A DNA stretch of 64,000 nt. Origin: a virus. Shown here in pieces: positions 58,210-64,000 of this stretch (positions are counted from its first letter, which is position 1; every line of letters begins with the position of its first letter). The notes under the pieces are model-generated. The model did no database searches, was not told the origin of the DNA, and worked only from the letters and a program-made list of their open reading frames with translations. The position numbers and the translations under genes are program-made. The DNA is taken from the IMG/VR virus record IMGVR_UViG_3300028374_000796; one strand, written 5' to 3'.

Positions 58210-58533
58210 TCACACCTTCAAGGGATTACCGGTTTCATCGAAAAGACGTTCGATAAGGAATTCCCCATCATCGCCTTCTTTGAGAGACCATAGGTCCTGT
58301 TCTGACTTACGAACTAAGGTGTTGGTATTCGCAACACGGGTAAAGCCTGATAGTTGGTCCACAGAAGCTACCCTCATTTGATCAGGCATCTCATCTGCTA
58401 TAGTAGCATGGCGCATATCATGAAACCGTTCGTCGGCTTCAATGGTGTCGCTAAGGAAATAGTCCATTCCGGTCGACTTAGTGGCGACCTTCGAGACATC
58501 AAAATTAGTAAAATTATCGTACCAGTTGCTCAT
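58210..58533 (-). CDS. Hypothetical protein
   Basis: ORF track; GAGGG SD-like. Confidence 0.65.
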   Translation of the reverse strand: MSNWYDNFTNFDVSKVATKSTGMDYFLSDTIEADERFHDMRHATIADEMPDQMRVASVDQLSGFTRVANTNTLVRKSEQDLWSLKEGDDGEFLIERLFDETGNPLKV

Positions 58534-58553
58534 AGTGTAGCCCTCGGGCTGAA

Positions 58554-58832
58554 TTACATTTCAGTGGATTCAAGGCCCAATTTATCAGCCTTGGATACAA
58601 CATTATGAATTGCGTCCTGATCAGTGGACATAAAAGTAGCGTGGTCAAACCCTTCGGTTACTGACACGCTTGATCCGTATGAAGCCACCTTCACGTCCTT
58701 CACAAAAGATCGCATTACACGATCGTCTGAGAAGTATACGGTCAAAGTTCTTCCTACTTCAGCAACTGAGTCTATATACTTAGCAGCAACCCTTTTTGAC
58801 ATTATTACTCGATGATGGATGCTGTCTTTCAT
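58554..58832 (-). CDS. Hypothetical protein with KRVAAKY motif
   Basis: AAGGAG SD; promoter-like motif 48 nt upstream. Confidence 0.65.
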   Translation of the reverse strand: MKDSIHHRVIMSKRVAAKYIDSVAEVGRTLTVYFSDDRVMRSFVKDVKVASYGSSVSVTEGFDHATFMSTDQDAIHNVVSKADKLGLESTEM

Positions 58833-58909
58833 GACGTTGCTCCTTTCGGATGAGTTAAAGTGATTCCGTATGCTATACGATAAAAAAGGAATACCGAAAG
58901 TCTACTACA

Positions 58910-59695
58910 TCAAGTAAGGGTATTTTTAGCCCGTTTACTCCATTTAGGAAGCTTCACTTCTCTTAGGATATTAAAATTGTAACGGATTCGGACGAAAACG
59001 CGGTAGATAGCCGCAAATTGGAGAGTTTCTTCGTCTTGTAATTCGGAGGGGAGGTCTTCTACAATAGCAGTTATTGCATTTAATTCCTCTTCAAAGTCTT
59101 CAGGTTCCATACCATCCATACGATGAGAGATACAGTCGAGCTTTTCTAATACATTTTTCGCCTCAAATGATGTAGGATCTAAGGTATTAGCCCAAGCATA
59201 AAACCTATCAAGAAGGGTCTTACCTAAATGATGCAGGTTTTTAATAAAACGATGTCGTACCCTTCCTTGAGTAATCTCAAGCCTATTGGCGACTTCGGAC
59301 TGACAGGTGGTTTCATACATTTCCTTGAAAATAGAAGCATCTAATTCAGTAGGCATGATATCAATCAGGATATCATAAATATCATGTTTATCTAGGTCTG
59401 GCATATCTACTAGAAATCTAATCCTTGACAACGCTCTCTTAATTCGATAAGAAACTGCTGCTTGAGTAATGCCGAAGATTTCCGCAATGTCGGTCTGTTT
59501 CTTATTTCTAAAAAAATAAAGACGAATCAGATCCGTCTCTCGATCTGGAAGACGGTCTAAAACGTCTCGGATTTTATCCAAACGGGGATTCATCCATTCT
59601 TCATCTTGTCCATGAATGGGGTCTAGTATATCTTCCGTCGAAAAACGTTGGGCGAGTTCTGCGGGGTCAATCGGTTGAATGTAATAACGACTCAT
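58910..59695 (-). CDS. Sigma70 region-4-like tandem HTH protein
   Basis: LDRLPDRETDLIRLYFFRNKKQTDIAEIFGITQAAVSYRIKRA; second HTH CQSEVANRLEITQGRVRHR. Confidence 0.75.
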   Translation of the reverse strand: MSRYYIQPIDPAELAQRFSTEDILDPIHGQDEEWMNPRLDKIRDVLDRLPDRETDLIRLYFFRNKKQTDIAEIFGITQAAVSYRIKRALSRIRFLVDMPDLDKHDIYDILIDIMPTELDASIFKEMYETTCQSEVANRLEITQGRVRHRFIKNLHHLGKTLLDRFYAWANTLDPTSFEAKNVLEKLDCISHRMDGMEPEDFEEELNAITAIVEDLPSELQDEETLQFAAIYRVFVRIRYNFNILREVKLPKWSKRAKNTLT

Positions 59696-60611
59696 CAGTG
59701 TACCTCAGGAAACCTTGATTGGGATTATTAGCTTCAAGCAACTCTGCTCGAAGAGATTTAAATTCTAAAAGATCGCACATACCGTTAATTTCGTCTTTAT
59801 TCCAATTTCCTTTTATACACTCGTAGTCGTCTACAGTTCGTAATGTCATAATTTGAGAATTAATTTGAGCCTGATCTTCAAAGGCTGCAAGTTTTTCTGT
59901 CTCCTTATCAGACAGGTTCTCTATATCAGAATTATAAATAGATTCGATACTTCCGTCGTTGTCATTGACTATGCGGGCTATCACTTTTTTACGGAATCTA
60001 GGCAATCCAGGGAGACAATCACTGGAATCTCCATCAAAAACTCGAAAAGTTAGAAGGTACTCAGGTCGAACACCATAATCTTCTGCAACCTTGTCCGGAT
60101 CGTATGCCTTGCCTTCGGGAGTCATTTGGATAGTCTTCCAGGTCACCAACTGCAACATATCTCTGTCACTAGTAAGGATAATATTATGGTCATCCTGCAT
60201 GGGACCTCGCGCCAAAGTACCAATTAGATCATCAGCCTCATATCCTTTAGCTTTTACCTGATCTACATTCAAAGACTTCAAGAAATTTTGAAGGAACTCA
60301 ATCTGGAGGGTGAAGATGTCGATCATTTCTTCCCCTTCTTTATCAGACTCTACTTCTTTAAAATCCCGATCGCGATTGGATTTATAATCTGCAAAAACCT
60401 TTTGACGTTCTTTCTTCGCAGTAGGACAGTCCCAGGCCACTGTAATTTTATGCTCGGGGTATTGTCTTTTCCATTTAAGGACTCTCTTTACGAATCCATA
60501 AACAATACCTGTAGGGACGCCTGACGACGTTTTAAGACCCTGCTTTACATCATAGATATGATGGCTCCGAAATGCGATGTTCATACCGTCTACAATTAGG
60601 TTCTTTGACAT
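59667..60611 (-). CDS. 5'-3' exonuclease/flap endonuclease (Pol I N-terminal family)
   Basis: LIVDGMN, VAWD, YKSNR, GYEADDLIGTL, ILTSDRDMLQL, FDGDSSDCLPGLP. Confidence 0.92.
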   Translation of the reverse strand: MSKNLIVDGMNIAFRSHHIYDVKQGLKTSSGVPTGIVYGFVKRVLKWKRQYPEHKITVAWDCPTAKKERQKVFADYKSNRDRDFKEVESDKEGEEMIDIFTLQIEFLQNFLKSLNVDQVKAKGYEADDLIGTLARGPMQDDHNIILTSDRDMLQLVTWKTIQMTPEGKAYDPDKVAEDYGVRPEYLLTFRVFDGDSSDCLPGLPRFRKKVIARIVNDNDGSIESIYNSDIENLSDKETEKLAAFEDQAQINSQIMTLRTVDDYECIKGNWNKDEINGMCDLLEFKSLRAELLEANNPNQGFLRYTDESLLHSTD

Positions 60612-60631
60612 ATCTTTTCCTTAGTTTCGTG

Positions 60632-61177
60632 TTAAATTTTTCGTAAAAATTGCAAAGGGAGTTCCACAATGGTTTCAATACTAACCAATTCGTGAATCTC
60701 CACTAATGCGTGATCTGTTTGTGGGTTAAAATCTAGGACCGTACCTTCTAAATTTTCATAAGCTCCTTCGATGATCTCAACATAGTCTCCTTCTCCAAAA
60801 TCTCGAAGGGTTTGAGTACGGAGGCGAGCTTTTAATTCATCTACCTCTTCTCCTGGAATGTAGACGATAAATCGACCATGGGGTTCATCTCTAGTCAATA
60901 CCCTCTGAATATAGGCGGATCTTTCCAGATCGAAATAAAATCCGGCAGCTAGTCCTCCTTCAATGAAAATATAACCTTCCATAAGACAAATGGTAACCCA
61001 ATTATCCCTCCTATGAAAAGAAGCAGAAGGCACAAAGATCTCTACCTTTTCATCTCCGATATCCCCCTTTAATAATTTAACTAAATCTGGAGGGCTTTCC
61101 TTCTCCCCCATATGAGATAATTCAAGAATAACCCACTGTTTGCTGCTGCTTTCAGTCATCAAAAAATCTCCGATCAA
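60632..61177 (-). CDS. nusG: NusG-family transcription factor (NGN + KOW)
   Basis: WVILEL...IFVPS...LMEGYIFIE; FGEGDYVEIIEGAYENLEGTV. Confidence 0.8.
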   Translation of the reverse strand: MIGDFLMTESSSKQWVILELSHMGEKESPPDLVKLLKGDIGDEKVEIFVPSASFHRRDNWVTICLMEGYIFIEGGLAAGFYFDLERSAYIQRVLTRDEPHGRFIVYIPGEEVDELKARLRTQTLRDFGEGDYVEIIEGAYENLEGTVLDFNPQTDHALVEIHELVSIETIVELPLQFLRKI

Positions 61178-62573
61178 ACTCTCTTACATCCTGTGCAGAA
61201 AAGTTCCGGAGATCGCTTTTAGTGGGGTTTAAAGGTCTTATAGAGTTCACATCATCTTCGTCTCCCAATTCTGGCTTTGCAGGCATATCAGGATTGACGA
61301 AATGTGAACCCGTCTGTGAAATGTCATTTGCCAAATCTCGGGCAACGTCAACATTATATCCAGACGGAATCGTAGTCGTATCGTCGTCTGTATCATCAGA
61401 CGAGCTATCATCAGAACTATCTTCACAAGAATCGTTAGGATTAACTTGCTTAGGCGCGGTGCCTCTACCCCCTTGAACACTAGATGAGGAAAAAATAGTC
61501 CCATCATTTAAATAACGATGTAAAATAACCAACTCACAGGTCAAAACATTCTCATCTATTTTTTTGCTTGAACCCAAAATACGATCTGCTATCCAAAGAA
61601 CATTTTCTCCCAATAGGTCAAATACCTTTTTAGCTTTTTCTTGGTCTACATAACCAATTCCTTCTAAGATATCCCAGGAGGCTCGATAAGAAGCCATAGC
61701 TGCGTCCGCTAGTCCTTCGTAGAAAGCGGGAGGGTCAACCATCCTTAACGTCTCTTCTGCCAATGACAGTGCTTTAGGGAGGTCGTCCTGAATATGCTCC
61801 AAAATGAGGTAATAATTAGAAACTGCACCAAGGCCCAGATGCTTTCTCGAATTTGCAGAAGTAACAGGTCCCGCCTGCGATACCCTTTCAAGGGCATTTA
61901 CCATATCACGGATCTGTCCTCTTCCAAAAGAATAGATGATATCTAAAGCGTCCTCTGTATGTGAGATATTTTCCTGTTCACAGATCCATCGAAGACGATC
62001 AACTGCTTCCTCCCTTTCAGGTTCTTTGATTCCAAACATCATACAACGGGCTTTGATCGTGTTTCTAATCTTCTCAGGTTCCGTAGTACAGAACAAACAA
62101 ACCAGTCGTTTGTCTTTGCTCCCCGTTACGTTATCTTCCATTGGTTTGAGAAGAGCGTCCATGGCCTGCGCTGAAAGACGGTGGCATTCATCTATCAGGT
62201 AAATCTTTCGATCCTTTCCACCTAAGGTATAATAATCAAGTTCATCTACGATCTGACGAATTTTATCGGCCCCCGAGTTATTGGCAGCATCCATCTCAAT
62301 AAAAGAGAAGGAAGAGGTGCCATCTATGATCTCTCGACAAGACTCACATTGATTGCAAGGCTCTCCGGTATCCGGATCTACATCATCACAAAGCATTGCT
62401 CTAGCCAAAATACGAGCAGTAGTAGTCTTGCCCGTACCGGAAGGACCCGCAAAGATATAAGACTTATGAAAAACCTGATCTGTTGTAACTAATTTTTTAA
62501 GAACATCAACTGTCCCTTTTTGACCTACCACATCTTCAAATTTAAGTGGGCGATATTTCGTATCAAATGACAT
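61152..62573 (-). CDS. dnaX: DNA polymerase III gamma/tau-like clamp loader
   Basis: KYRPLKFEDVVGQ, GPSGTGKTT, CNQCESC, EMDAANNSG, IYLIDECH, LLKPME. Confidence 0.92.
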   Translation of the reverse strand: MSFDTKYRPLKFEDVVGQKGTVDVLKKLVTTDQVFHKSYIFAGPSGTGKTTTARILARAMLCDDVDPDTGEPCNQCESCREIIDGTSSFSFIEMDAANNSGADKIRQIVDELDYYTLGGKDRKIYLIDECHRLSAQAMDALLKPMEDNVTGSKDKRLVCLFCTTEPEKIRNTIKARCMMFGIKEPEREEAVDRLRWICEQENISHTEDALDIIYSFGRGQIRDMVNALERVSQAGPVTSANSRKHLGLGAVSNYYLILEHIQDDLPKALSLAEETLRMVDPPAFYEGLADAAMASYRASWDILEGIGYVDQEKAKKVFDLLGENVLWIADRILGSSKKIDENVLTCELVILHRYLNDGTIFSSSSVQGGRGTAPKQVNPNDSCEDSSDDSSSDDTDDDTTTIPSGYNVDVARDLANDISQTGSHFVNPDMPAKPELGDEDDVNSIRPLNPTKSDLRNFSAQDVREFDRRFFDD

Positions 62574-62597
62574 ATTCGTAACCTAGCTCATTTTATA

Positions 62598-63557
62598 TTA
62601 GATAAACGATGAAAATATAGAAGAATCGTAAGAAGCATTGCAAGAAGGATTTAACCAAAGACGCTCTTTGCAAGCGTTTTCCTTGCCCCTAGTTGTTCCT
62701 CCCTCCACTCGTGATATATTACCATATCCACCCATAGTTTTCCAGGGAATACACTCCCAAGACTCTGGTAATTCATAATCCCCTTCGTAACCCGCAAGTA
62801 TAATCTTCACGTCGGGATTATCCCCATGCTCTAAACACCACTCACCAACCTCAGAAGCCACTGAGTAGCTTTCATGAGCATAAGTGTCGTGTCTATCCTT
62901 ATTCGCATAAGGAGGGTCTAAGAAGACTGCTACCGGAGTTGTATTGAGAAGAATATTGTCTCCAACAACTCTTTTCCAATTCCCACAAGTTACTCGGGTA
63001 TTTCGGAGACGAGTTTCAAATTTAGCAAGCATAGCATCTACATCGAAAGTTTTACCATGCACACCTCTAGGAGAATAGACGCAGGGGATCGCTTTTTTCT
63101 GTTTTACAAAAGCATCTCCAATAGCAGCTCCCATTCCCCATATCCACCATGCTGCTATTTTTACATCATGGAAATGTGGATCTGTCCTAAGAATATCCGT
63201 TAGGTCTTCTCCATGTAAACGTGCCTCTAACTCTCCCCTTTGAGATTCTACCCATTCGGAACGAGCATGAAGATCCAACTCATTCATGGGCCAATCAATT
63301 ATAGGTTTTAATTCTTCAGGATTCCACTTCAAGGTTCTCCAGGCATTTGTTATCATACCATCGAGGTCGTTTAGTATTTCCAATTCTAACGCTTCCGGTC
63401 GTGGGTTAGCCAAAGAAATGGCGGCGGACCCTACGAAAGGCTCGATATAGGATCGAACTTCTCCAAATCGATCCCAGACCAAATCCGCTATAGAGGATTT
63501 ACCTCCAAAATAAGGGAAGGGCGCTTTAAGTTGTGGCATGAAAACCTCTAAAATCAA
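62598..63557 (-). CDS. Dam/D12-family N6-adenine DNA methyltransferase
   Basis: PFPYFGGKS, YIEPFVGSA, ILNDLDG, VFLDPPY. Confidence 0.88.
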   Translation of the reverse strand: MILEVFMPQLKAPFPYFGGKSSIADLVWDRFGEVRSYIEPFVGSAAISLANPRPEALELEILNDLDGMITNAWRTLKWNPEELKPIIDWPMNELDLHARSEWVESQRGELEARLHGEDLTDILRTDPHFHDVKIAAWWIWGMGAAIGDAFVKQKKAIPCVYSPRGVHGKTFDVDAMLAKFETRLRNTRVTCGNWKRVVGDNILLNTTPVAVFLDPPYANKDRHDTYAHESYSVASEVGEWCLEHGDNPDVKIILAGYEGDYELPESWECIPWKTMGGYGNISRVEGGTTRGKENACKERLWLNPSCNASYDSSIFSSFI

Positions 63558-63562
63558 AAGGT

Positions 63563-63595
63563 AAAAAGGGGCGACCCATCTTAATGAGCCGCCCC
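63563..63595 (-). terminator. Intrinsic terminator
   Basis: AAAAA-GGGGCG...CGCCCC hairpin. Confidence 0.65.
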
Positions 63596-63614
63596 TATGA
63601 TTCTAGTTGGGAAA

Positions 63615-64000
63615 TTAGAGGTCTGACATTAGATCGTCAAAATCATCGGAATTACTGCCTTTAGCTGCGGCATTTGACCCCGAACTTTTCTTGGCAGTCT
63701 TATTCGTGCCCTTACCGGATTTAGAGGTAGGAGGAGTTGGGGTATTCTGAGGGAGTTGGAGCGTAGCAATTTTTGCCAGGCCAGTTTTCCAACCCAACCC
63801 ATGACGATTCACGGTCGTAGGGAAAACCATAAGCTCAGGGCTCCTAAGCTTCCAGGACATGTCTCCGGTACGCTCGTTCTCAATACCGTAAGCATGTTCT
63901 AATAGATGGTCTACCCATGCCTCTCGTTGAGACATATCTAGGTCAGCCCATGCATCTGCGCCAATCTCCATCATATAGTCGAAAGGCTCTTCCATGAAAG
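63615..64000 (-). CDS. Putative phage metallopeptidase-like protein, probably 5'-truncated by the window edge
   Basis: QREAWVDHLLEH (HxxxH-like); frame is open to the window end. Confidence 0.5.
   Translation of the reverse strand, partial: FMEEPFDYMMEIGADAWADLDMSQREAWVDHLLEHAYGIENERTGDMSWKLRSPELMVFPTTVNRHGLGWKTGLAKIATLQLPQNTPTPPTSKSGKGTNKTAKKSSGSNAAAKGSNSDDFDDLMSDL

Noticed and set aside
1-64000. tRNA/rRNA genes; stop-codon recoding; archaeal or eukaryotic virus origin
   Set aside because: No cloverleaf recognised by eye (tRNAscan not run); long ORFs tile the window in the standard code; SD sites, TTGACA promoters, DnaX and sigma-r4 point to a bacterial host

Overview
A 64 kb segment of a large (jumbo-type) tailed dsDNA bacteriophage genome. 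It is gene-dense in the standard code, and almost every gene is on the minus strand, with bacterial Shine-Dalgarno sites and intrinsic terminators. It holds the head-morphogenesis module: an intein-containing terminase large subunit plus an ATPase-only paralog, portal, intein-containing prohead protease, acidic scaffold, decoration protein, HK97-fold major capsid protein and putative neck proteins. It also carries host-like replication and transcription genes (DnaX clamp loader, 5'-3' exonuclease, NusG, sigma70-region-4 HTH protein, Dam-family MTase), a CCA/poly(A)-type nucleotidyltransferase fused to a Dps-like domain, an HD hydrolase, an actin-like ATPase missed by the ORF track (it runs off the left edge) and several free-standing homing-type endonucleases. 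The most striking unexplained pattern is a ~27-aa peptide module (LKxQLIRLGxxNPELRxHLRP[IV]L) found 13 times in 11 otherwise unrelated ORFs and usually followed by [KR]-[ITV]-[AS]. I propose, as inference only, that it is a capsid-targeting or cargo tag. A second recurrent basic motif, a conserved non-sigma70 promoter-like 11-mer upstream of about 16 genes, a truncated capsid paralog, a frameshifting 14-bp duplication and a ~1 kb repeat-rich non-coding region are also reported. All family assignments come from motif recognition by eye; no database search was run.
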